Assembly: GCF_002571385.2 (NCBI RefSeq) | Contig: NW_019218293.1 | Coordinates: 84,033-148,032, forward strand | DNA: 64,000 nucleotides | DNA from: Stylophora pistillata | Lineage: Eukaryota | Direction of reading: 5' to 3' | Shown here: positions 52,823-64,000 of the stretch, piece by piece | How the letters are laid out: each line of letters starts with the position of its first letter | How positions within the stretch are numbered: position 1 is the stretch's first letter | Notes under the pieces: generated by a model | Database searches by the model: none | What the model was told of the DNA's origin: nothing | The model's input: only the letters and a program-made list of their open reading frames with translations | Made by a program: the position numbers and the translations under genes

Positions 52823-53515
52823 ATAGACCCTTCCACGGTTTTATCGGCCATATGGTTGGGGGTCAAACAAAACCTCGTTGCGTAGCAACGAGCCATAGAA
52901 TCCCATATGATAAGAAGACGCGTATCGCTACTCTCGTTTAAATTTTCGCTTTGTTCAGGAACAAAAATTAATATTCATCGCTGAAAAAGAGAAGACATCA
53001 ATAAAGGCGAGTGACTTTTTCTCCTCTCGGCGAAAAACCTTTCCTTCTCTGCGTTTTATGGGAACATTGAGATCGTTTTTCTTTGGGCGTGACCTCGCGG
53101 CCGACATTATGCCAGAAGGTCAGAGTAAAGCTTTTCCGAATGACTTTTTGTATTTAAGTAACTTAAGTGTGCAGAGGAANNNNNNNNNNNNNNNNNAGTG
53201 CTTTTTAAAATGCCATTCTCGCACCATGGCGGCCACGAGGTCACCTTCAAACAACATATCAATCTGCCCATAAAACGCAGTGATAAAAAGGTACTTCGCC
53301 AAAAATTCGGCACTTACTTTCAGTAACGCCTTATCTATGTTCCCACTAGATTTGGAGACGAAAATAAGCGATTTTCTTTTTATAAAATTACGATATTGAG
53401 CGAAGTTACCCACGCGCGTCGAATAATTACAAAAGAATATATTGCTTCTTGCTACGCAACGAGGTTTTGTTTGACCCCCAAACAATATGGCCGTAAAAAC
53501 CGTGGAAGGGTCTAT
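52823..53515. mobile_element. MITE with ~65-bp terminal inverted repeats
   Basis: atagacccttccacggtttt...aacctcgttgcgtagcaa versus ttgctacgcaacgaggtt...ccgtggaagggtctat. Confidence 0.85.
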
Positions 53516-53924
53516 ACTTTCTTAAATTGTATCTATTTGTTCTTGGGTGGAAGCAGATGATGGAGTTTATGCGCAGTATTAGATGACACTGAGTACATGA
53601 GCTAATGACACTGTTCTTTGTGGCCTTAATGTTATACAATGCTAGTCGTGCGTTTCTGAGCACGTTCTTAGTATGACTTCAGGAAAAACATGGTGATATA
53701 AGGGCGCGCAATACTTTAACACCGGCCTTGTGCGGGTAATATAGGAGCAGATGGGCTATTTTCGGAAAGAATGACTTGTTTTGTACGAGAAATACGTACG
53801 GTAAAAGAAACGGCTGCGTATACTAGACCGATTTTCAGTCAACAGGATAAAAATTCTTTTGTGTTTGTTCAAAATTTTTGAGTAAGTTTGCGAATGCTCA
53901 GATACTGACCTGCGTTGCGGTAAA

Positions 53925-54279
53925 ATAATAGGGACGTTAAGAAACCACGACGGCGACGCCAAGGAAGACTTCGATTAAAAAACGAATTTCTTCTCTTAGT
54001 TAGAATTTTAAAAATGGCTGCGCGGGAGCTTACTGTCTCATACAGCGCCACAGCTCAACTTCCGCATGACGTAAAAAACAGCCGTTGAGTTCCAAATGGA
54101 AATTAAAATAATTTGCCGTCGCGGTTTCGGTTCGCAGGCGACGCAAATTTTGGCGATTTCACGTTGTTGTTTCAAAGTTTCAAAACGCACGTGCTGAGCG
54201 ATTGTTCTGCCAATTAGATCTCTTGTTTTTCCTCGTCCTCGTTGCCGTCGCTGTCGTGGTTTCTTAAGGTCCCTATTAT
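53925..54279. mobile_element. MITE with terminal inverted repeats
   Basis: ataatagggacgttaagaaaccacgacggcgacg ... cgtcgctgtcgtggtttcttaaggtccctattat. Confidence 0.85.
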
Positions 54280-55326
54280 CTTTTTTTTCGGAGGTGAGTA
54301 CTTTAGAGAGTAGCCCACACGATAGCCCATCATGGCCTCCCGGTACTGTCTGAACGCACATGCATAAGCAACCATAAAAACTTTATTCAGCACACGCAGA
54401 TCTACTCTGACATATGTATCTTATGACATTTGGTGTGTAATATAACTGACTACTTTTTACGAGTTGTGCCGTATTTGAACGATCCCGTAAGGCAAGTCAG
54501 AATGACAACGAGTAAAGATACTTGGCAGTAAAACACACCGAAACTTCTAAAGAATAAGTTATTAATTATCAAGCTGCGTTATTTCACATGCATGCATTTC
54601 CTACAAGGCGGGAAAAGTGATCGAATTAGATAGCGAAGCGCAGCACGCGTAACCGACCGGGTAACGAAATTTTTTTTTTCTTTTTTTTTTTTACAATGTG
54701 ACATTTATACTCGATTGGCGCGTTATTTAGCTCAGTCGGATAATAAATCAGTATTATAGCCATGCAGTACAAGGTCGACTTACATTTTTAGGCTCGTTTA
54801 CGTACATACACATTTCATTTTGATTGTCAATACAACTAGTAAGCGCCATTTATCGATCCTACTATATTACAACTTTCCTTCTCAGAGCAAAGAAGAATAA
54901 ACGCACGAAGACATTTCCGTGCCGAATGGAGGCCTCTTTCTTTAAGATTTTTTTCCTGTTTATGTTGAAATCGATTCAAAGTTGTTTTGAAAACTCAGAA
55001 CAAAATCTGCGGGCTTGTTATGTCTCGCAAACAAAATATCTGACACGCATACTCCTCGAACATGTACTATCTGTGTAGGGCTAATGAAGTGTAACCTATT
55101 CACTGTACAAACGTGCTTATCTCAGAAGACTGATTTGGCCAACTGAAATAATCTGGGCTTTAAATTTATAATTACCATCTAATTAACTTTGCGTAAAAAC
55201 ATCACATATCGACAATCATATCCTAGTAGTATACAGGAATTTTGTCTTTATGTATCCAGTTAAATGGCCTAGCCTGCCGCCAACCACGAGCTTCTAATTC
55301 CTCAGAAGTAGAACAACCGAAGTGCT

Positions 55327-55546
55327 AATAGGCCATTTTACAGTTGAGTACTTAGTTGCCAAGCCTTTGATTCAGAGTGAGGCTAAAGATGACCTTGTTG
55401 TGATAGAGACCTGTACCTAGTTAGCATGATAACAAAGTGATTTACATTTGAAAGGCAGCAAGTTTTCTATCATAACAAGCTCATCTCTAGCCTCACTCCC
55501 ATTCAAAGGCTTGGCAACCAAGCACACAACTGTAAAATGGACTATT
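55327..55546. mobile_element. Near-fully palindromic MITE
   Basis: aataggccattttacagttg...ttgccaagcctttga / tcaaaggcttggcaa...caactgtaaaatggactatt. Confidence 0.85.
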
Positions 55547-55609
55547 CGCAGAGAGTCGTAGGCTCGATTCCTATTGGAAGCAATCAAAGTTCATGCTTGG
55601 GAATTTCAT

Positions 55610-58600
55610 TCATCTCAGCCCAACGCTGATCAGGCGGCTCTTTAGAGACCGGTGGCCATTGATATTGAAGGCCACGCCGGTAAATACACTTGAATTTGCC
55701 GCTGTCCGGAAGAATGGAGAGATCTTATCGCTGCACCAATACGTACAGCGTATTCTGCAAACGTAAAAGTTTCCTGTCAAGAGGAATCCAGAATAAAACT
55801 TTGTATTGCAGATGAGAAGCTGATAGTGATATCTTGTGTCTGCTACACCTCCTGCTTTCCAGAACCCTGGAAATTGTTTTTGGTAATTTCCCGCCATTAC
55901 AAGACTAGAGCCAGACTGATGTGTAAAGAAGGCGTGGTCACCCTCTAGTTCGTCCACAAAAAGAATTTCGCGAAACTGCAATATAATATTTAAGAAAATT
56001 TTTGATGCGTCTTCTAAATAAATTGTAGAATAAAATGCAATTCATACTGGAAAACCCACGATAGACGAGTAGCTGAGAATTATTTATGTGTTATTTCTAG
56101 GGTCAATCAGTCATGTTATTGACGCAGTGCGTACCGCCTTAACAACGAGAAAGAACATTTTTTTCTCTTGATGCGAACTTACGAGGCTGATTTATATGTT
56201 CTCTAAGCAGAGATCTTTATTTAGCGAACAAAAAGCAAATAACCCAATTCCGGTATATTTATATTCTTTGTGAAGCAAAAAGCTCGTTAAGCTAAGGAAC
56301 CTGTCGTTCTTTATTTTCTGAGACGGATCAGAGGATTTTGGAGGGAAACAAGGTGATTTCATGGTGAACAGGGAAGAGATCGGTCGTTGCTAATAGAGTA
56401 TAAAGCTGGACTTTATGAATTTGAATACCACAAAAGGGGGAATCAATTGAATACTCATGACAGACCCTGGGGGGGGGGGATCAAACAAATTTTATAGTGA
56501 CTCAACTAAATTCCTCCGATCCCCGACCCCCAGGGGATAAATAAGGACCGGTCTGATCCCTGACTGAGCTAATTGCATGAAGAATAAAAGCTTTATTAAT
56601 CAGTCTAGGTTAATTTAAGATATCAAGTTTGAATTTTTCCTTCAATTTTCTTTGATCACTAACTTTCTCAAAGAGTTCATCTTACCTGAATATGATTACA
56701 GTCAGTTCTGTAGCCGTTTGTACCATATGGCAGACTCTCGTTGTATGTCACTTCCTTTCTGAGATGAACCTTGTTATTGGTTGAGTAACACATCGTCCAT
56801 CCGCCGCCAAATGACGTCATATCGCAATAGACCCAGATTGAGCGGCGCCCACCCTCAGGATGTACGCGGTACATACCATTCGGAGCATGAGGTGATGCAG
56901 TCTTAATATCTCGGCAACTCTTCCCTTTAAAGGAGAGAAAATGTGTTGGCAATACGTTTGATGATATACACGCTGGACTTTCAAACTGATGCTAAGAACA
57001 ACGATTTTGTGGGGGTGCCTAAAATCTCTGAGGATATAGTCTCAAAGTACGTGGCGAAATCAATATCATTTACATTCACTATTATTCGCAAGATGTCCCT
57101 AAACTAAGCTCAGCCTACCGACCCGTTTCGCAGTTTATCCCGGTAAATCCTGAGGAACATTGGCACTGGAAAGTTGTTGGTGACAGCGAAAGGCAAGTGG
57201 CGTTGTTCAGACACGGACTAGACGAGCATCCATTCTGAAAGGAATATAATAACTTTTTTCCAATATTCATTCAAACTGCATGCATCAAATTTTGTAACTT
57301 GGGCAGGGTGAAAATTTCATGATGAGCGCCACCTCGCTTTAATGCGCAGCACTGCAACTCGCAGTCTCTAGAGAAGTTCTCGTAGGTCCGCAAGGCGTAT
57401 TGAACGTTTTCAGAACTAGTTGGCTTTGAAGCTCAAAACATGTTGGATCCTGAATGGAGAAAGGTCCTATTCATATGGGCACAAATATTTTTCACTTTTT
57501 TTTAAGACAGTGAGCGATTCTTCTGTTTTTGGCACTTAATATTTCGTAGCAAACTACAAAACAGAAATTTTTCAAACGAATCTTCATAATGTAAGACTTA
57601 AACGGTAACCTGTTCCCCCTCTGGAGGTTTCCTTTTAGTGTGGCTGTTCTGTTTTTTTCTAAGCCCTATGGTTATTTAGGACTGCAAATAATCCACCAGC
57701 TCTCGTAGTTATTAAGTTAGCAAACAGTGTACACACAGGGCACAAATAAATCAAGAGTTGTGGACGTAGCTACGTAGAAACAATTGATTTATTCTATGCC
57801 ATATCTCTCTTTCTCTCTCCCACTCTCCCCCTCTCTCTCTCTCTCTCCCTCTGTTTCTCTCTCTCTCTCTCCCCCCTCTCTCACTCTGTTTCTCTCTCCC
57901 ACTCTCACCCCCCCCCTCTCTCCCTCTCTCACCAAATTTTCAAAGGCGATCGAATATGACAGCTTTATGATTCTAGCGTAAGGTATTGATTAACTGATCA
58001 TAGTGTAGGGATTAAAATCGATGACTACAATCCAAAATAATACAGAAGTGATCAGTCTAGTTAGTACTATAGTAAGCTCATTCCCTAGCTGATGGATGAA
58101 AGAGAAAAGAACGTCCTAAATTGAAAGCGGTTCTCTCGCGGTCACAGAAGAAAGGGTGACAAAAAGGTGAAACACCTGGTGACGTGAAATATGTTAAAGA
58201 AGTTAAAATTTAAAGCTTGAAAACAAGAGAGTTTACAGGAACTATTCTGTACCTCAGTCCCAATGTAGGTGTAACCTGGTCTAGAAACTAAATCTTGAGC
58301 GTGTTGCACATGATCTGAATTGCTGATTTCACATTCGTGTCCATAAGGCATATGAGGTCCCAGATTATAAGAGAGGCACCTAGGCTCCATGTAACATCGG
58401 AGCTGGCACTCGTCATCGTCCTTTACAAGCACGCCAGTAATCACGTGATCAATGAGTGATTTGTTTAGGAGGGGGAGTTGGTATCGAACTAGTCTGCAAA
58501 CATCTGCAAACGAATGGGAAAGACACCGTTGAGTCAGTAGATTGGCCACGTACGTAAGAAGAAAGACCGCCTACGATCGAGGATTATTTAAAAAGTACAC

Positions 58601-59793
58601 GCAAAAAAACAAATTTTAATCTGAGAAATTTCATGCTCAATGGTGCAGGAAATATACTTAATACTTGTGTCGATTTAATTTGCTCTTCGCCGGTCGACAG
58701 AGCTGAAATTACAATTTACCCTTTTTCCTTCTTTGTTTGAGCACAAGTCTCTCTCAACACCGCTGACCGTAGTAGCGAGGACAGCACTTGTCAAACGTGA
58801 GCCCTAAAAGGTCTCACTAGCCAACAAGTTACAACATGAACCCGACAGCAAATCTATACTGGTCTGACCAGTTTCTGTTTTTTTTTTTTTTTTTAAGGAA
58901 AGTCGGCAGCTTTTCCTGTTTTTCACTTGAAAATCCACTCGATCAAGTGACACCTTTCTAAATTTCCATGGTTCCGCCTCTGCTTTTTAAATTGAAATAG
59001 TTCCGGGCTATGGTTTAGGGTCGAAAGCTTTTTAGTGAACAATGAAGAATGTGTCAATTTTTTTTATTTGACCTTAAATAGTTATTCCGATCCTGACTTT
59101 TGTAGTTACTTTTTCCATTTCTATAGAACTGACGACAAAATTTCATAAATTATTAATTGAAAGAGAACAATTAAACGGCGAAGTTCACATTAGTGAGAAA
59201 TTGCTCCCGCATGTCGTGCTGTGAGCCGCACAAACTTTAAAATGCAAATGACATTTCTGTTGTTTTCAGGTTTTTCTTTAACTAACACTAAGGTTAGCAG
59301 TCTTTTAAGAAGTTTAGTTAAATACTTTTATTACGCTCACAAATCATAGCAAATCAAAGAAAAAAAGAAAAAGTGAGATTTAATGGCATAAAGAAAAATG
59401 AAAGGAAATAAAAAGATTTATCGTAATATTTCTTAGTAAATTTATTTCCCAACGAAGAAGTAATAATTGCTATGAAAAGGAAAAAAATAACGTGTTCAGG
59501 AAGAAATCCTTGAGGGAAAAGCTTAGAGTCTAGCACATTCTAAGCCTTGATTCAACCACAAGACAGAGGACCAAACGCCACCGTCACCGCAATTTCAAAA
59601 TCGAAGTCTTTATAAATGAAAGAAGATGCGTTTGCATAAAAACTAAATGTCCGACGTCGTGTTATTAGAAAAACTTTAAAACTTCTTAATATGAATTAAA
59701 AAACGCTCCGCACTTACCGTTTCCTTTAACTATAAGAAGATAAAATGTGAGCAAGATCTTCAGGAAGAGAAAAGGAAGGTAGACTCCGAACAT
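55610..59793 (-). CDS. Secreted PAN/Apple - EGF - fibrinogen-like domain protein (~347 aa)
   Basis: Phase-consistent exons: 59793-59718 (signal peptide MFGVYLPFLFLKILLTFYLLIVKG), 58503-58253 (PAN: CQLRCYMEPRCLSYN...CEIS), 57234-57123 (EGF: CSSSPCLNNATC...CQCSSGFTGINCE), 56924-56686 (KSCRDIK...VYCDMTSFGGGWT) and 55975-55610. Confidence 0.88.
57803..57930. repeat. CT-rich microsatellite
   Basis: Imperfect (CT)n run; the paralogous pure run is at 62254-62290. Confidence 0.85.
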
Positions 59794-59897
59794 TGTGTAA
59801 TCGACAAGACAGGAAAAAGCTCTTTGTGACGTAACAAACTGATCTGGGAGCTAACGGGTTTATTTTGAGATATCAGCTACATGATGAAATTTCTGCA

Positions 59898-60198
59898 TTA
59901 ATAATATACATGAAAACATTTCTCAGTTCTGATTGGTTAAGATGAATGCAGTTTTCAATTAATTCAGTGCAGAAGAGAGTTAATTCAGTGCAGAAGAGGG
60001 TTAATTCAGTGCACAGAAAGAAACAAACCAGACATTCTGATTGGTCAGAATGGTTAGTCAATGTCAATGTCAAGTTCAATGTCACTTGCAGGGTTTGAAT
60101 AAATTATTTTTGCACGTGATGCGCGCGCTTTTCTTCTGCGTAGTTATGAGAAGCTACCTCGTATTTTTCATGTATATTATTAATAGATAATCACATGA

Positions 60199-60229
<31 letters not shown>

Positions 60230-60359
60230 TTGTAAATTTTTTCAAAGACCACAAATTGCACTCGCCCTACGGGCTCATGCAATTTTGTTTGTCTTTGAAA
60301 AAATTTACTCGCGTGCTTATTTATTCCAAATTGCACTCGAAATCATGTGATTACCTATA
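59898..60359. mobile_element. Two adjacent MITE-like palindromic elements
   Basis: taataatatacatgaaaa...ttttcatgtatattatta (59899-60182) and atagataatcacatgattt...aaatcatgtgattacctat (60183-60358). Confidence 0.7.
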
Positions 60360-60404
60360 CGAATAGTATATGAACTTCGTAATGAACCTTGCTCATCATG
60401 GATC

Positions 60405-60530
60405 GAGGCTTTGTGGCTCAGTGGTAGAGCATCGGAGCGCGGAATCCGAAAGTCTGAGGTTGGATTCCTTATTGGGACTCAGAAGGGTTTCATCGTCCCA
60501 CGCTTGTACTTTGTAACTAGACGAAAACCA
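60405..60530 (+). mobile_element. tRNA-derived SINE, second family
   Basis: gtggctcagtggtagagcatcggagcgcggaatccgaaagtctgaggttggattcct: tRNA A/B boxes without a complete cloverleaf. Confidence 0.65.
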
Positions 60531-60639
60531 CTTTTCTCTACACTCTGGCTTATTCACGCAATTAAATCACGCCAGGAGCCCGTTTCTTGAAAGTTCCGTT
60601 AACTTTTCGGGCTCGCAGCAATATTACTGATAAATGCTG

Positions 60640-61055
60640 ATAGTTTCTAAAGAAACTGTCTGGAGCTGCGTCGGTGGGGGTAACGAAATATTGTGGATAT
60701 ATCAACAAAGTTGAGATGGTAAATTGGCCACCGTAACGATTACAAAAGCTGACGTTTCGAGCGTTAGCCCTTCGTCGGAGCGAATAGAGGAATTGTGGGT
60801 TGTGTGTGCTTGCTTTTAAAGGCAGAAAATGGAGCTTTTCATTCCAACGAACGCTTTTCATTCCACTAATTTATTCGTGTTTCTCTCTTTGCCATGTTCC
60901 CACCATTAACGTAGCTCCATTTTCTGCCTTTAAAAGCACACACAACCCACAGTTCCTCTATTCGCTCCGACGAAGGGCTAACGCTCGAAACGTCAGCTTT
61001 TGTAATCGTTACGGTGGCCAATTTACCATTTCAACTTTGTTGATATATCCAAATT
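60640..61055. mobile_element. Inverted pair of Penelope-like terminal repeats, each with a minimal hammerhead motif (60748-60781 minus, 60964-60997 plus)
   Basis: 60696-60835 is the reverse complement of 60913-61050. Each arm reads GCT-CCGACGA-A-GGGC-TAAC-GCTC-GAAA-CG-TC-AGC. Confidence 0.68.
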
Positions 61056-61884
61056 ATTTAGCTCAGAAACCCGATCATATTATTTCGCATCCTGATTTCC
61101 TTAGCGACTTTGATTAGTTATACTAGTACTTAGACTTTGTGCGACCTATAGCGAGGACCACGCAAAATCATTCAAGAGCCTCATGCAAACATAACATAGA
61201 AATAGGCAGTTCAGACTGCATAGGGCTACTGTTGCCGCATCCCACATATTTGCGAGTACCCTGTGCCACAAGAGGAAGATGATTCTAGAATATAGTGACT
61301 AACTGACAGTCAACCAATAATCGTGCTTAATCATAGATTGAGTTTCAATTATATGTTACCGTAACAAATAACCATTATTAACAATAATAATAATGATAAT
61401 AATAATAGTAATAATGATGATAATTTATAGGCACTAGCTCAAGAGCCTCACTGGCCCTCTGTCGGTGATTAAACTATGCTTCTTTCAATTTTTCCTATTA
61501 ATTATAAATCATTTTCTCTATTCATTGCAACATTTTCTATTTCTGTGAGATTTCTGCTTTTCAACAGGGCATTCCGGGTTGTAGGATATTCCGCTATCCC
61601 GCCATTTCACCGTTCCACCATTCCATCAAATAGGTTTATCCTGTGAAATGTATTTCGGACCTTTCTCGCTTTGCAACTTTAGTGGCTCTTTTGACCATAG
61701 GTCGTTGTTCGAAATGGTAGAAATGCTCTCTCTTCGAATAATTAAAAGTTTTCTTCAAGGAAAAGTCTCGTTTTCAATGACGTGCCGGAGACACTATTGA
61801 GAAATTATTTTGAGATGCGTATCATCTATAATAAATAATGTAATGTCAGAGCAAGGACTGAAACAATTGCATCATCAGATCTTC

Positions 61885-62252
61885 TGGATCTTGAATGGAG
61901 AAAGGTCCTATTCACATGGGCACAAATATTTTGATCGACAGTGAGCGATTCTTCTGTTTTTTTGCACTTAATATTTAGTAGTAAACTACAAAACAGAAAT
62001 TTTTCAAGCGAATGTTCATAATGCAAGAGATTAACAGTAACGTGTTCCCCCTGTGGAGGTTTCGTTTTAGTATGGCTGCCCTGTTTTTTTTTTTTTTTTT
62101 CTAAGCCTTATGGTTATTTAGGACTGCAAGTAATGTACCAACTCTCATTGTTATTAAGTTAACAAAAAGTGTACACACAGGGCACAAATAAATCAAGAGT
62201 TGTTGACGTAGCTAGGTAAAGAGAATTGATTTATTCTGAGCCATATCTCTCC

Positions 62253-62292
<40 letters not shown>

Positions 62293-63792
62293 AAATACTC
62301 AAAGGCGATCGAATATGACAGCAAACATCTGCAAAAGAATATAGGAAAGACACCGTTGAGTCAGCAGATTGGCCACGTAAGAAGAAGGACCGCCTACGAT
62401 TGGGGATAATTAAAAAAATACACGCAAAAAAAAAAATTAAATTCGAGAACTTTCAAGCTCAACGGTGTAGGAAGTACACTTGATCACATGCGGCAATTTA
62501 ATTTGCTCTTCGCTGGTCGGCAGAGCTGAAATTACAATTTACCCCATTCCCTTCTTTGTTCAAGCACAAGTCTCTCTCAACATGGAGTACTCACAAATAT
62601 GTGGGATGCGGCAGCAGTAGCCATATGCAGTCTGAACTGTCTATTTTTATATTTTTATATTTTTATATTTTTATATTTTTATATTTTTATATTTTATGTG
62701 GGATGCGGCAGCAGTAGCCATGTGCAGTCTGAACTGTCTATTTTTATATTATGTCTACACGAGGCTCTTGAATGGCTTTGCGTAGTCTTCGCTAGGCCAC
62801 GCAACGTCTAAGTACTAGTATAACTGATCAAAGTCAATAGGAAAATCAGCATTCAAAATAAAATGATCTGGTTGCTGAGCCAAACCCTGCACTTCTTTTC
62901 CTTAGAGTTAGAAAATTTTAAAAATAGGATTAAACTATCGATAATATTGCTACGCCCCCGAAAAGTTAATTGAAATTTCAAGAAAAAAGCTGCTGGCGTG
63001 ATCTAATTGCGTGAAGCCAGAATGTAGAGAAAGATGTGTTTCACGACGTCGGACATTTAGTTTTTATGCAAACGCATCTTCTTTCATTTATAAAAAGACT
63101 TCGATTTTGAAATTGCGGTGACGGTGGCGTTTGATCCTCTGTCTGGTGGAATCAAGGCTTAGAATGTGTTAGACTCTAGGCTTTTCCCTCAAGGATTTCT
63201 TCCTAAACACACTGTTTTTTTACTTTTAGCAATTATTAATTCTTCGTTGGGAAGTAAATTTATTAAAAAATATTGCGATAAATCTTTTTATTTCAGGTTT
63301 GATTAACTTTCATCTTCTCTTTTGCCACTAAATCTCACTTTTGCTTCTTTTCTTTGATTTGTGAGCGTAATAAAATGTATTTAACTGCACGTCTTAAAAG
63401 ACTGCTAACATAAAAAATCCTGAAAACAACAAAAATGTCATTTGGATTTTAAAGCTTGTGCGGCTCATAGTACGACACGAGGGAGCAATTTCTCACTGAT
63501 GTGAACTTCGCCGTTTAATTGCTCTCTTTCAATTAATAATCTATGAAATTTTGTCGTCATTTCTATAGAAATGGAAAAAGTAAATCCCGAAGGTCAGAAG
63601 AAATATTTAAGGTCAAATTAAAAAAAATGGATATATTTTTCAGTGTTTACTAAAAAGCTTTCGACCCTAAACCACAGCCCAGAACTATCTCCCTTTGAAA
63701 GAAGCAGAGGCGGGGGACCCTGGAGATTTAGAAAGGTGTCACTTGATCTAATGGATTTTTAAGTGAAAAACAGGAAAAGCTGCTGAGTTTCC
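61885..63792. pseudogene. Rearranged duplicate of the 5' half of the PAN-EGF-fibrinogen gene region, lacking the coding exons
   Basis: Direct copies: 61885-62322 ~ 57444-57963 and 62321-62582 ~ 58496-58760. Inverted copies: 62585-62880 ~ 61260-61060, 62993-63030 ~ 60575-60535 and 63043-63792 ~ 59660-58900. Confidence 0.7.
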
Positions 63793-64000
63793 ATAACTTT
63801 AACTTTAATCATTTTCTCAACAAACTTAACATATATACAAAGCTGATGGGAAGGCCAAGAGACAGGAACAGGTTCCCTTACAAAAGGCCACCCAAAAAAG
63901 AAAAACACTACACATACCTATATATATTTATACTAATATAATAATAATAATAATAATAATAAATTAGGTTAATTCAGTGTCTAACTGGTATAAATAAGCC

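Overview
Eukaryotic, AT-rich, intron-containing genomic DNA with four assembly N-gaps. The repeat families and gene content suggest a cnidarian, probably a scleractinian coral (inference). Seven protein-coding loci were reconstructed by hand from splice sites. (1) The 5' part of a class-V aminotransferase/cysteine-desulfurase-like gene (-). (2) A ~1000-codon disordered ORF with 11 copies of an [RK]xxSxYDLxEFL motif, split by one in-frame TAA (-). (3) A 20-exon RRM1 gene with a divergent ATP cone and one exon lost in an N-gap (+). (4) An acidic/RS-rich nuclear-type protein with a CCDC9-like C-terminal coiled coil and a GC-AG intron (+). (5) A DOK7-like PH-PTB adaptor with an FRS2/Gab-like phosphotyrosine tail (-). 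(6) A CYSTM protein (-). (7) A secreted PAN-EGF-fibrinogen-like protein (-), followed by a rearranged duplicate that has lost its exons. Non-coding features include four minimal type I hammerhead-ribozyme motifs of the Penelope-like-element kind (one with a canonical core, in sense orientation inside an RRM1 intron), tRNA-derived SINEs, a truncated L2/CR1 LINE, and many palindromic MITEs. All homology calls come from recognising sequence by eye; no database search was run.
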